Below the pieces are notes generated by a model. The model saw only the letters and a program-made list of their open reading frames with translations. It was not told the origin of the DNA and made no database searches. 64,000 nt of DNA from an uncultured delta proteobacterium (lineage in GTDB: Bacteria > Myxococcota > UBA727 > VGSZ01). The stretch is from contig CAVZJB010000005.1 of assembly GCA_963775425.1 (NCBI GenBank), forward strand, positions 728,605 through 792,604, in the 5' to 3' direction. Positions within the stretch are counted from its first letter, which is position 1, and each line of letters begins with the position of its first letter. The translations under genes were made by a program, and so were the position numbers. Shown one piece after another: positions 40,496 through 50,197 of this stretch.

Positions 40496-42502
40496 GTGGC
40501 GCGAGGAGCTGGGGCGATCGATCGGGAAAAATACCGGCGGCTGTTCCTCGAGGAGGCGCGCGAGAGCCTGCGCACCTTCGGCAACGAGCTCGTGTCCCTC
40601 GAGAAGCTCCACGCCTCCGGCGTCACGTCGGACACGCGCGCGCGCGAGGTGATGGACGCGGCGTTTCGCACGGCCCACTCGCTCAAGGGCATGGGCGCGG
40701 CCATGGGCTACACGCGCTTCGCGGAGCTGGCCCACCGCCTCGAGGACCTCGCCGACGTCGCCCGCCAGGGCGGCAACATCGGCACCGAGGGCTTCGACCT
40801 GCTCCTCGAGGGCGCCGACCGCCTCGAGCAGATGGTGGAGCAGGTCGCCGGCGGCGACGAGGATCCCGACGCGGGCGATCTCACCGAGCGCGTCCAGGGC
40901 GCCGTCGCCCGGCTGCGCAGCGCGCCGCCCGCCGCCGAGCCGGCCGCGAGCGCCCCGGCCGCGAGCACCCCGGCCGCGAGCGCGCCGGCCCCGAGCGCCG
41001 CCCTCGTGGGGAGCCGGCGGCGGGCGCTGCTCGTCAAGGTGAAGATCGCCGACGACGCCTCGCTGCCGCAGGTGCGCGCGTTCGTGGTGCACAAGGCCCT
41101 GGCGGCGCTCGAGGGGTACCGCGAGACGGAGCCGCCGCCCGACAGCCTGCGCACCAAGGAGCTCCCCGATCGCACGCTCCTCGTGCGCTTCGACCCCGAC
41201 GTCGCCGACGCCGGCGAGATCGAGCGGCTCGCGCGCGGGCAACAGGGCGTCGCCGACGTCGTCATCGCGCACGAGGAGCCGCCGGCGCCGGAGGAGCAGG
41301 CGGCGGCGCCCGCGCCGCAGGCCGGCGAAGACGATCGCACCGTGCGCGTGCGCACCGCGCTGCTGGACGAGCTGCTCGACTCCGTTGGCGAGCTGCTGCT
41401 GGCGCGCTCGCGCATCCGCGCCATCGCCGGCCGCGTCGACGTCCCCGACCTCGCCGACCTCGTCGACGAGGTCGACCGGCTCACCCGCGATCTCCACGGG
41501 CGCGTCGTCGCGGCGCGCATGACGCCGCTGGCGTTCATCGCCGAGCGTTTTCCGCGCGTGGTGCGCGACCTGGCGCGCGCGGCCAAGAAGTCCGTGGACT
41601 TCTCGATGCAGGGCACCGAGATCGAGCTCGACCGCGCCATCCTCGACGAGCTGTCGGCGCCGTTCCTCCACATGCTGAGAAACGCGGTGGACCACGCCCA
41701 CGAAGGCGACGACGAGCGCAAGGCCGCGGACAAGCCCCCGGCGATGAAGCTCGTGCTGCGGGCCAGCCGCGAGCGCGACACCGTGCTGCTCGAGCTCAAG
41801 GACGACGGTGGCGGGATGGACGCCGCGCGCATCAAGGAGCGCGCGGTGCGCCGTGGGCTCATCACGCAGCAGCAGGCGAACGTGTTGTCGGAGGCGCAGG
41901 CCCTCGAGCTCATCTGCCTGCCGGGCTTCTCGACGGCCGATCAGGTGAGCCAGACGTCGGGGCGCGGCGTGGGCATGGACGTCGTCAAGGACACCCTCGA
42001 GCGCCTCGGTGGCTCGCTGCGCATCGAGTCGCAGCAGGGGCAGGGGACGCGCATGGTGCTGCAGCTCCCGCTCACCGTCGCCATCATCCAGGTCCTCGTC
42101 GTCGAGGCCGGCGACGGCGCCGGGGGCCGCGACGCGTACGCCATCCCGGTGAACCGCGTGGAGCAGGCGCTCGAGCTGTCGCCGGCGGGCGTGTCGACGG
42201 CGCATGGGCGGACCTTCATGAAGAACGGCCCGTCGCTGGTGCCGCTGTTCGATCTCGGCACGAGCCTCGGCTACGGCGGCGCGGACCCGCAGCTCGCCGG
42301 CACCGTGATCCTCGTCGGCCGCGGCAAGGACGTCGCCGCCCTGCGCGTCGCCGCCATCCTCGGCCAGGAAGAGGTGGTCGCCAAGCCGCTCGGCCCGCCG
42401 CTGTCGTCGTTCGGCTACCTCGCGGGCGCCACCCTCCTCGCCGACGGCCGCGCCGCGTTCATCCTCGACCCGCTGAAGCTCGTCTTGAGCTCTGCCGCGT
42501 GA
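40496..42502 (+). CDS. difE: CheA histidine kinase (DifE-like)
   Basis: Hpt AHSLKGM, HMLRNAVDH, DDGGG, PGFST, SGRGVGMDVV, C-terminal CheW domain. Confidence 0.9.
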   Translation: MARGAGAIDREKYRRLFLEEARESLRTFGNELVSLEKLHASGVTSDTRAREVMDAAFRTAHSLKGMGAAMGYTRFAELAHRLEDLADVARQGGNIGTEGFDLLLEGADRLEQMVEQVAGGDEDPDAGDLTERVQGAVARLRSAPPAAEPAASAPAASTPAASAPAPSAALVGSRRRALLVKVKIADDASLPQVRAFVVHKALAALEGYRETEPPPDSLRTKELPDRTLLVRFDPDVADAGEIERLARGQQGVADVVIAHEEPPAPEEQAAAPAPQAGEDDRTVRVRTALLDELLDSVGELLLARSRIRAIAGRVDVPDLADLVDEVDRLTRDLHGRVVAARMTPLAFIAERFPRVVRDLARAAKKSVDFSMQGTEIELDRAILDELSAPFLHMLRNAVDHAHEGDDERKAADKPPAMKLVLRASRERDTVLLELKDDGGGMDAARIKERAVRRGLITQQQANVLSEAQALELICLPGFSTADQVSQTSGRGVGMDVVKDTLERLGGSLRIESQQGQGTRMVLQLPLTVAIIQVLVVEAGDGAGGRDAYAIPVNRVEQALELSPAGVSTAHGRTFMKNGPSLVPLFDLGTSLGYGGADPQLAGTVILVGRGKDVAALRVAAILGQEEVVAKPLGPPLSSFGYLAGATLLADGRAAFILDPLKLVLSSAA

Positions 42503-42567
42503 CGAGCTTTGCCGGTGGAGCGGCTCGCGCGTGCACGCCGGCGGACGGGCGCGCTAGGATCGGGCGA

Positions 42568-43068
42568 ATGGTTCCGCGCGATCTCGTGGAGGCTGGCGCG
42601 CACGAAGCCGGGCGTGCGCTGGCACTCTTGTTGCGCCGAGCCGACGTGCCGGTCACCGCCATCGACGACGTCAGCCCCGCGGAGCTCGCCGCCCGCGTCG
42701 GGCCGCGCGCCGTCGTCGTGGGCTTCACGGTCAGCGGCGGGATGCCGGGCCGCTTCGCCGTCGTCACCTCCGAGGCCCACGCCCAGAAGCTCGCCGACGC
42801 GCTCGTGGGCGCGCCCGGCGCGGACGGCGCCCTCGGCAGGCGCGCGCTCGGCGCGCTCACCGAGCTGTCCAACATCGGCGCCTCCGCCTACCTCAACGGC
42901 GTCGCCCGCGCGCTCGACACGGCGTGCGTCCCCTCGGTGCCGAGCGTCATCGTCGACGACGCCGGCAAGGCCCTCGCCCTCGCCCTCGGCGTCGACGGCA
43001 CGGTCGCCGTCAGCGTCGCCCGCCTCGACGCCGGCGGCGTCTTCGTCGAGCTCTGCCTCATCCGCTGA
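42568..43068 (+). CDS. difG: CheC-like phosphatase (DifG-like)
   Basis: ALTELSNIGASAYLN CheC motif, PSVP; last gene of the cluster. Confidence 0.72.
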   Translation: MVPRDLVEAGAHEAGRALALLLRRADVPVTAIDDVSPAELAARVGPRAVVVGFTVSGGMPGRFAVVTSEAHAQKLADALVGAPGADGALGRRALGALTELSNIGASAYLNGVARALDTACVPSVPSVIVDDAGKALALALGVDGTVAVSVARLDAGGVFVELCLIR

Positions 43069-43102
43069 GCGGAGCCTGGCGGCGTGACGACGTTCCGCGC
43101 GT

Positions 43103-43981
43103 CTACGCCGCGGACTCCTGCGCCAGGCGTTGCAGCACCTTCTCGAGGAGCTGGAGCTGCTTGACGTGCCCGGCGAGCGCGGCCTCGTTGGCCCCGAACG
43201 GCTCGAGGTACTTGATGGCCTGCTCGAGCCCCCACAGCATGGGGCCGACGGCGCTGACGAGGGAGATCAGGTCCGACGGGACGCCGGGGCTGCTGGCGGC
43301 GAGGCTCTGGGCGCTCCGCTGCAGCTCGTCCCGCAGCCGCTGGACCTCGTCCTGCAGGCCGTCGCCGGCGGGCTTGTCGCGCAACTGCTGGAGATCGGCC
43401 TCGAGGCGCGAGACGTTCTGCTTCTCCACCTCGAGGTCGGTGTAGAGGCGCCCCGTGGTCTTCTGCGCGCTCAACAGCTCCTCTTTGAGCCGGTCGACCT
43501 CGGGGGCGTGGTTCGCCGCCGTCCGCAGCCGCGCGACCTCCTCGGTCATCTGCAGCACGCGCAGCTCGGCGTCCTGCGCGGCGCTGGCGCGCACCGAGAG
43601 CCGCGCGATCTCGTCGCGGAGCCGCTGGACCTCGTCCTCGAGCGGCTGGAGCTGCGCGCGCGCGTCGGTCTGCACCCCCTGGAGCTCGGAGCGCATCACG
43701 ATCATCTGCGCCTCGATCTGCTGGACGTGAGCCTCCGCCTCGAGGGCCCGACGCTCGGCGTCCGCCACCGCGCGCTCGAGCTCGGCGACCCGGGCCTCGG
43801 CGACGTCCTTCGCCTTGGTGATGCGGTCGACGGCGGTGGCGATCTCTTCTTCGCTGTGCCGCGGCGGATGCGCGACGAACACCGCCCCGCACGACGGACA
43901 CTTGAGCTCCGCGCCGCCCTGGGGGACGGCCTCGTCGCGCACACGATATTTGGACCCGCAGCCGGGGCACGTGACGATCAT
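43103..43981 (-). CDS. MJ0042-type zinc-ribbon plus coiled-coil protein
   Basis: MIVTCPGCGSKY...LKCPSCGAVF followed by a long heptad-rich region. Confidence 0.82.
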   Translation of the reverse strand: MIVTCPGCGSKYRVRDEAVPQGGAELKCPSCGAVFVAHPPRHSEEEIATAVDRITKAKDVAEARVAELERAVADAERRALEAEAHVQQIEAQMIVMRSELQGVQTDARAQLQPLEDEVQRLRDEIARLSVRASAAQDAELRVLQMTEEVARLRTAANHAPEVDRLKEELLSAQKTTGRLYTDLEVEKQNVSRLEADLQQLRDKPAGDGLQDEVQRLRDELQRSAQSLAASSPGVPSDLISLVSAVGPMLWGLEQAIKYLEPFGANEAALAGHVKQLQLLEKVLQRLAQESAA

Positions 43982-44088
43982 CTGCGGCCCCTGGATAGCG
44001 CGCGCGACGATGGCGCGAAAGATTCAAGCGCGTCGCAAAAGCCGGCGACGCGGTTGAACTGGGGCCGGACCGCGGGCATCATCCCCGG

Positions 44089-45675
44089 ATGCCGCGCCCC
44101 CCTCTCTGCCTCCTCGCCGCCGCCCTCGGCGTCGCCGCTGCGTCCTCGTGCAACTGCGGCACGCCGCCCGGGCCCGTCGGCGGCGACCTGTGCGGTACCG
44201 GCACCGTTGACGGCGCTCCCTACGCCATCGACGACACCAAGACCCGGCTCATCATCGTGGTGCAGCGCAACGACGGCGCCGGCTGCGGCGTCTTCCACAA
44301 CCACGTCGTGAGCGCCAAGGTGGCCAAGCTGGAGTACGCGGTGGACAGCGCCACCCCGGGCAACACCACGTTCAAGATCACCGTCCTCGCCGACAGCCTC
44401 GACGCCGACGATCCGGACCTTCGCGACGAATTCCTCACCAAGCACGATCCGCCGCTCGACGGGCAGCCGCTGTCGGACGGCGACCGCGCCTCCATCCGCG
44501 GCTCCGTCGCCGACGAGGTGCTCGCCAAGGACAACCCGCAGCTCGTGTTCACCGTGTCCGACTTGAGCACCGCCTCCGGCGACGGCACCGCCAAGCTCAC
44601 CGCGGAGCTCGCGGGGGCCACCAGCACCGTCGACGTCACGTACAGCGTCAGCAAGAACGGCGACGACTTCGTCATCAAGGACGCCACCGCCACCCTCGAC
44701 GGCGCGCCCTACGGCATCCCGCGCAATTCGCTCGGCTTCTGCGTGAACCCGTCGATGGAGCTCCACCTCGATCTGGTCCTCAAAAAGGCGAACGCCACCC
44801 CCGTGTGCGACCTCGGCAACGCCAACCCGTACACGGCGCAGCTCTTCCCCGACACCGACTGCACCGACAACACCTCCTACACCGAGGTGCGCGACATGAC
44901 CGGCCGCCGCTGCATGGGCTGCCACGGCACCACCCAGCGCCTCGGGGCCACCGTGCCGCTCGTGAGCTACGACGACTGGCGCACGGACTCCATCCGCAAC
45001 CAGGGGCAGGGCTTGTTCACCACCGCCGAGGACTTCGTGCACCGCGATCCCACCGAGAGCCTGGCCATGCCGCCGCAGCTCGACGGCCTCGCCACGCCGC
45101 CCACCGCCGCCGAGCTCGACCAGTTCGACGCCTGGGTCGCCGACGGCGCCCACAACGAGAAGTGCAGCAACGACCCGGGCATCCGTACGTTCCCGCGCGC
45201 GGCCCACGTCGATTGCGCCCCTGCCGGGACGCCCGCGTACGACGTCGCCGACACCAACCCGTCGGCGCAGGGAGCGACGGCCAAGCAGTTCATCGACTTC
45301 AACTGCGCCTCGTGCCACCTCGACACCACCGGCTTTTACGCCGGCGTCCCGCAGTTCTTCGTCCCCGACAGCGTCGACCCGGTCACCGGCGGCGGCGTCA
45401 TCGACCACGCGCTCGCGCAGGCGTCCATCGCGCACCCGTACTACCTGGGCGACGACGGCACCAACCTCTCCTTCTGGGAGGCGAGCGTGCTGCGCTATCT
45501 CGACAACTCCATGCCTCCGTTCGGCGGCGTCGGCGATCCGCCGGCCACGTGCTCCGCCGACGCCGACTGCGCCGGCGGCGCCTGCTACACGGCCGCCGGC
45601 GTGTGCGTGGACCCGACGTTCATCGCGTTCGCCGACTGGGTCTCCGCGGGGTATCCCGAAGCCGCGTGCCCCTGA
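44089..45675 (+). CDS. Lipoprotein: YceI-like domain fused to two c-type heme domains
   Basis: ASSC lipobox, YceI-like HNHVV..SL.ADD..P.LVF..YGI, CMGCH and CASCH each followed by MPP and W...G. Confidence 0.75.
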   Translation: MPRPPLCLLAAALGVAAASSCNCGTPPGPVGGDLCGTGTVDGAPYAIDDTKTRLIIVVQRNDGAGCGVFHNHVVSAKVAKLEYAVDSATPGNTTFKITVLADSLDADDPDLRDEFLTKHDPPLDGQPLSDGDRASIRGSVADEVLAKDNPQLVFTVSDLSTASGDGTAKLTAELAGATSTVDVTYSVSKNGDDFVIKDATATLDGAPYGIPRNSLGFCVNPSMELHLDLVLKKANATPVCDLGNANPYTAQLFPDTDCTDNTSYTEVRDMTGRRCMGCHGTTQRLGATVPLVSYDDWRTDSIRNQGQGLFTTAEDFVHRDPTESLAMPPQLDGLATPPTAAELDQFDAWVADGAHNEKCSNDPGIRTFPRAAHVDCAPAGTPAYDVADTNPSAQGATAKQFIDFNCASCHLDTTGFYAGVPQFFVPDSVDPVTGGGVIDHALAQASIAHPYYLGDDGTNLSFWEASVLRYLDNSMPPFGGVGDPPATCSADADCAGGACYTAAGVCVDPTFIAFADWVSAGYPEAACP

Positions 45676-45745
45676 GGCCCGAAGGGCCGCCTGAAGTCCG
45701 CGCCGACGTCGCATCGAGGCACGTACTCCGCGCGGCGAGCGCCTT

Positions 45746-47875
45746 TCAGCGCGGCGCGCCGAAGTCGATGACGAGGGCCTTGCCGGCCTCGACGGTGACG
45801 GGGACCACCCACGTCTTCCCGCCGCCGGCGTAGGGCTCGACCGTGGCGCCGTGCGGCCCCTCGGGGAGCACGGTCTGCGTCCCCGACGGGATCACCTCGA
45901 TGGACTTGCCGGCGATGGTGACGACGCCGCACCTCTTCTTCGATTTGCAGGTGATGCGGAGGGCCACGCTCTTCTTGGCCGCCGGCCGCGCCTCGACGTG
46001 GTGCGGCTTCGCGCGCGCGGCGTGCCTGGGCGGCGGCGTCGCGTGGGCGGGCGCGTCCTGGGCCTGCGCGTCCGCGCCCGCCGCGGGCAGCGGCGGCGTG
46101 TCGGCGGGCGGCGCGTCTTTGGGCGCGTCTTTGGGCGTGTCGGCGGGGGTGCCGGGCGCGTCGGCCGGGGGCGTGTTTGCGTGCGCGTCGGCGGGGGGCG
46201 CGCCGGCGGGGAGGGTGTCGGCGGCCGCGACGGCGGCGGGCGCGGGCGCCGCGTCCCGGTGTTGCGAGGCGACGATGCCGGCCGCGACGACGACGGCGCA
46301 GACGCCGCCGCCCACCGCCGCGACCCACGGGCCGCGCCGCCGCGGGCGGGCGACGGGCTCGTCGAGCGCCACGCCCGCGGAGAGGCCCGCGAGGGTGCCG
46401 GCGCTCGCCGGCGACGCCGGTGACGACGTCGGTGACGACGGCGGCGTCGAGGTCTGCTTGGGCGGGACGTTGGTGCGCGTGGCGGGCGTGGCGTCCGGCG
46501 CCGGCTGCAGCTTCGCCGACTCCTCGAACCGCTCGAGCTCCTCGACCGACGGCAGGGAGCCGGTGAACGCCGGCGGCGGCGACTCCGACGGGGCGCTCAC
46601 GTTCTTGCCCGACGACGCCGGGTTCAACACGGGCGCCAAGGGGTTGCGCAGCTCGTCGCTGCCCTCGGCCATCACCGTGAGCGCGTTCGGGTCAGCGACG
46701 GCCGGGGCCACGGCGGCCTCGCCGCTGTCCGTGGGGAGCTTCATCGCCCCCTTCGACGCCGTCATCGCCGCCCCCGGCGCCGGCGGGTTCTTCTCGCTGT
46801 GGCTGAACACGAGCGAGATGCCCGACATCGAGCTCGGCTCGTGCGCCCCCGACGACGCCGGCTGCGACTCCGTCGACGACGCCGCGTCGAGGCCCGCGTC
46901 GGCCGTCTTGAGCTTGTCCTTCATGTCCGAGTGGTCCGCGATCTGCGTGCGCCGCAGCTCGGGCTGCTTGTCCATGATGCGCACGAACACGTTGCGCACG
47001 TCGGTGGCCGCGGCGTCGACGGCGCCCGAGAACAGGAAGCGCGACAGCGCGAGCTCCATCTGCCGCATGTCCGCGAAGCGGTCGTCGGGGTTGCCCGACA
47101 ACGCACGCAGCACGATCTCGTCGAGGGAGCTCGGCACCTCGGGCCGCAGCGTCGACGGCGTCGGCACATTGCAGTCGAGCACCTTCTTCAGGATCTGCGC
47201 GTCGTTGTCGCCCGTGAACAGCCGGGTGCCGCACAGCATCTCCCAGAGCACGACGCCGAGCGCGAACTGATCGAGCCGGTGGTCGAAGTCGAAGCCCTGG
47301 GCCTGCTCCGGGGCCATGTAGGCCACCTTGCCCTTCACGATCCCCGTCGACGTGTGCGTGGCGCGCTCCGCCGCCCGCGCGATGCCGAAGTCGGTGACCT
47401 TCACCTCGCCCGCGCGCGACAACAGGATGTTGTGCGGGCTGATGTCCCGGTGGACGATGCCCAGCGGCGCGCCGTTGTCGACGAGGGTGTGGGCGTGGTG
47501 CAGCCCGCGGCAGACGCCGATGGCCACCTGCACGGCCTCGCCCACCTCGAGCGGGATCTTCCTTTTGCGGCTCTGCTCCACCACGCGTCGGAGGTCGGCG
47601 CCGTCGACGAGCTCCATGGCCAGGTACAGCGTGCCGTCCTCTTCGCCGAAGTCGAAGACCTGAACCACGTTGGCGTGCTGCAGCTTGGCCGCCGTGCGCG
47701 CCTCGTCGCGGAACATGGTGACGAACTCGGCGTCCTCGAGGAAGTGCGGGAGGATGCGCTTGATGCAGACGCGCTTGTCGAAGCCGGCGGTGGCGGTGCG
47801 CGCGCGGAAGATCTCCGCCATGCCGCCCATCGCGATGCGATCCTCGAGGACGTAGCGGCCGTACTCCTTCGCCAC
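45746..47875 (-). CDS. Membrane Ser/Thr protein kinase
   Basis: GGMAEIF, IKRILPH, HRDISPHN, DFGIA, YMAPEQ; Pro-rich linker, TM, PEGA-like C-terminus. Confidence 0.95.
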   Translation of the reverse strand: MAKEYGRYVLEDRIAMGGMAEIFRARTATAGFDKRVCIKRILPHFLEDAEFVTMFRDEARTAAKLQHANVVQVFDFGEEDGTLYLAMELVDGADLRRVVEQSRKRKIPLEVGEAVQVAIGVCRGLHHAHTLVDNGAPLGIVHRDISPHNILLSRAGEVKVTDFGIARAAERATHTSTGIVKGKVAYMAPEQAQGFDFDHRLDQFALGVVLWEMLCGTRLFTGDNDAQILKKVLDCNVPTPSTLRPEVPSSLDEIVLRALSGNPDDRFADMRQMELALSRFLFSGAVDAAATDVRNVFVRIMDKQPELRRTQIADHSDMKDKLKTADAGLDAASSTESQPASSGAHEPSSMSGISLVFSHSEKNPPAPGAAMTASKGAMKLPTDSGEAAVAPAVADPNALTVMAEGSDELRNPLAPVLNPASSGKNVSAPSESPPPAFTGSLPSVEELERFEESAKLQPAPDATPATRTNVPPKQTSTPPSSPTSSPASPASAGTLAGLSAGVALDEPVARPRRRGPWVAAVGGGVCAVVVAAGIVASQHRDAAPAPAAVAAADTLPAGAPPADAHANTPPADAPGTPADTPKDAPKDAPPADTPPLPAAGADAQAQDAPAHATPPPRHAARAKPHHVEARPAAKKSVALRITCKSKKRCGVVTIAGKSIEVIPSGTQTVLPEGPHGATVEPYAGGGKTWVVPVTVEAGKALVIDFGAPR

Positions 47876-47887
47876 GCGCCGACTCTA

Positions 47888-48721
47888 TCAGCCCGGGGCG
47901 GCCCCGTCCGCCGCCGCGTCCGGGGCGTCACCGGCCTGGGGGCGCGCGGGGACGGGGGCGTGCGGGTTGCGCACCTCATCGACGATCCCGTCCTTGAGCG
48001 TGACGGTCTCGGCACCCCACACGCCCACCTCGAGGGTGACGCCGTCGATGACCTTGCGCTGCAGCGTGTCGGGGAAGCCCAGCGCCGCCGTCAACGCGTC
48101 GTACGTCATGCCCTTCACCGCGCGCTTGAGCGCGATGGCGTTTTGCTGGTCCTCGGGGAGCGAAAGGATCCACGGGTTCGGATCTTCCTCGGTGAGCGAG
48201 GCGTCGAACCACACGTCGAAGGTGTCGGCGTCGTCGATGCCGCCGGGGAGCAGCAGGATGTGCGGCTCGTCGCGCTCGAGGCTGACCTCGGAGCCGCGAT
48301 CGCGCGCGACGCGCAGGAAGATCCACGTGGTGTAGCGCGGCGTGTAGAGCGGGCGGCGGAACACGACGTCGCCGGTGGGCCACTCGATGCGCTCGATGCG
48401 GACGCGCGTGCCGGCGGGGATGATGCCCTCGGCGGGCGGCGGGGGGATGGGGTCGCCCTCGACGGTCTGCAGGTACGTGAGCTCCTCGAAGCGCCGCGGG
48501 TGGACGAGCTTGTACCGGTCGTCGTCGTAGAACTGTCCGACGTACATGGACTGCCGGAAGAACAGGAGCTGACCCGTGTGCGCGTCGTCGACGGCCTCGC
48601 GGTCCTCGTCCGGGATGACGACGTAGCTCGGGCACCCGGCGAGCGACGCGCACAGGAGACCGGCGCACGCGAAGGAAGCGGCGGCCGCGGCGTCGGGCGA
48701 GGGGAGGCGAAGCGCGCGCAT
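47888..48721 (-). CDS. Hypothetical lipoprotein
   Basis: LAGC lipobox; C-terminal KGMT..ALGFP..W..V.LKDG.V resembles a SmpA/OmlA-type motif. Confidence 0.72.
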   Translation of the reverse strand: MRALRLPSPDAAAAASFACAGLLCASLAGCPSYVVIPDEDREAVDDAHTGQLLFFRQSMYVGQFYDDDRYKLVHPRRFEELTYLQTVEGDPIPPPPAEGIIPAGTRVRIERIEWPTGDVVFRRPLYTPRYTTWIFLRVARDRGSEVSLERDEPHILLLPGGIDDADTFDVWFDASLTEEDPNPWILSLPEDQQNAIALKRAVKGMTYDALTAALGFPDTLQRKVIDGVTLEVGVWGAETVTLKDGIVDEVRNPHAPVPARPQAGDAPDAAADGAAPG

Positions 48722-48786
48722 GGCGCCGTCATCCCACACCGCGCGCGCCGCGGGCAAGCGGCGAAGCGCCGCGTACAATGGGTGCC

Positions 48787-50127
48787 GTGCCACCGCGCGT
48801 CCTCTTTGCCGCCGCGTTCTTCGCCGCGCTGTGCTCCGGTTGCGCCGCCGACGCCGTCGGCTGCCGCGACAACGGCGACTGCCCGCTGCCGACGGTCTGC
48901 GGGCTCGGCGGCTCGTGCGTCGCCGAGCTCCCCGGCGAGGGCGAAGGCGAAGGCGAGGGAGAGGGCGAGGGCGAAGGAGAGGGAGAGGGAGAGGGAGAAG
49001 GCGAGGGAGAAGGCGAAGGAGAGGGAGAAGGAGAGGGAGAAGGCGAGGGCGAGGGCGAAGGGGAGGGCGAAGGCGAGGGCGAAGGCGAGGGCGAAGGGGA
49101 AGGGGAAGGTGAGGGCGACGCCTTCCCCGCCGCGTTCCCCTCGCACACCGGGCACATCCAAGACAACGTCGTCGCGCCCGCCATCGACGCCCAATGCGAT
49201 GAGGTCGTCGACACCGACCAGGAGGACGGCAGCGGCTTCGCGACGCTCTGCGGGACGCGGGTGCCGACCCTGTCCATCGACACCGGCGCCGGGCCGGCCC
49301 TGCGGGTCTACGAGCTCAGCTCGTTCACCATCGCGGGCCGCCTCACCTTCATCGGGGCGCGCGCCCCGGTGATCGTGGTGTTCGGCGACGCGAAGGTCAG
49401 CGGGTCCATCGACGTCGGCGCCGTGGGCGCGGCGTCGGGCCCGGGGACGGTGTCGCCGCCGAGCGCCTGCGCCGGGGTGGGCCATGGCGGCGCCGACGAC
49501 GGCGGCGCCGGCCGCGGCGGCGGCGGCGGCGGCCACGACACGAACGGCGGCCGCGGCGGCGGGCTCACGGTCGCGAACGGCGGCGCGGGCGGCGGCGCGT
49601 TCGCCGACCTCGCCGACGTGCTCGCGGGCGGGTGCCGCGGCGGCAGCGGCGGCGTCGCCAGCGGGTTCGCCGGCGCCGACGGGCCCGGCGGCGGCGCGGG
49701 CGGCGCGCTGCAGATCTCGGCGGCGGGCATGCTCACGTTCAGCGGCACCGTGATCGCCGCCGGCGGCGGCGGCGGCGGCGGGCCCAGCGCCGCCACCGGC
49801 GGGGGAGGCGGGGGCGGCTCCGGAGGGACGGTCTTCCTCGAGGCGCGGGCGTTCGAGCTGAGCGGGCTCACGGCGATCCTCGCCGGCGGGGGCGGTGGCG
49901 AGGGCGGCGAGGGCGGAGCCAGCGGCAGCAACGGGCATGACGGTCGCGACGGCGGCGCGGGCGGGACCGGCGCCACCACGGGCGCGGGCGACGGCGGCGG
50001 CGGCGACGTGTTCGGCGAGGACGGCGCCGACGGCGGCGAGGGAAGCGACGGCGGCGGCGGGACTCCGAGCGGCGGAGGCGGCGGGGGCGGCGGCCGCGGC
50101 GTGCTCGTCGACAACACCATCCCCTGA
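48787..50127 (+). CDS. Lipoprotein with Cys-rich motif, (GE)30 tract and Gly-rich C-terminal domain
   Basis: CSGC lipobox, C.DNGDC....C....C, long GE tract, GGGAGGALQI/GGGSGG repeats; GTG48787 follows TACAAT (alternative ATG48778). Confidence 0.8.
   Translation: MPPRVLFAAAFFAALCSGCAADAVGCRDNGDCPLPTVCGLGGSCVAELPGEGEGEGEGEGEGEGEGEGEGEGEGEGEGEGEGEGEGEGEGEGEGEGEGEGEGEGEGEGEGDAFPAAFPSHTGHIQDNVVAPAIDAQCDEVVDTDQEDGSGFATLCGTRVPTLSIDTGAGPALRVYELSSFTIAGRLTFIGARAPVIVVFGDAKVSGSIDVGAVGAASGPGTVSPPSACAGVGHGGADDGGAGRGGGGGGHDTNGGRGGGLTVANGGAGGGAFADLADVLAGGCRGGSGGVASGFAGADGPGGGAGGALQISAAGMLTFSGTVIAAGGGGGGGPSAATGGGGGGGSGGTVFLEARAFELSGLTAILAGGGGGEGGEGGASGSNGHDGRDGGAGGTGATTGAGDGGGGDVFGEDGADGGEGSDGGGGTPSGGGGGGGGRGVLVDNTIP
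48934..49113 (+). repeat. (Gly-Glu)30 coding repeat
   Basis: 180-nt tract using all four Gly codons and both Glu codons. Confidence 0.95.
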
Positions 50128-50197
50128 CGACGCGGCCCGCGGTGACGGACCGTCGCAGGCCGTAGCCGGGGCACCCGCCCGTCGGTAGGCTCGAGCG

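Noticed and set aside
48729-49283. (Ser-Pro)n extensin-like ORFs, also at 28265-29212 and 63370-63756
   Set aside because: They are the antisense reading of the (GE)n tracts; the GE strand carries the lipobox and coherent domains.
48787-50127. PE-PGRS protein
   Set aside because: Only the Gly-rich low complexity is similar; there is no PE domain and the protein has a lipoprotein signal.
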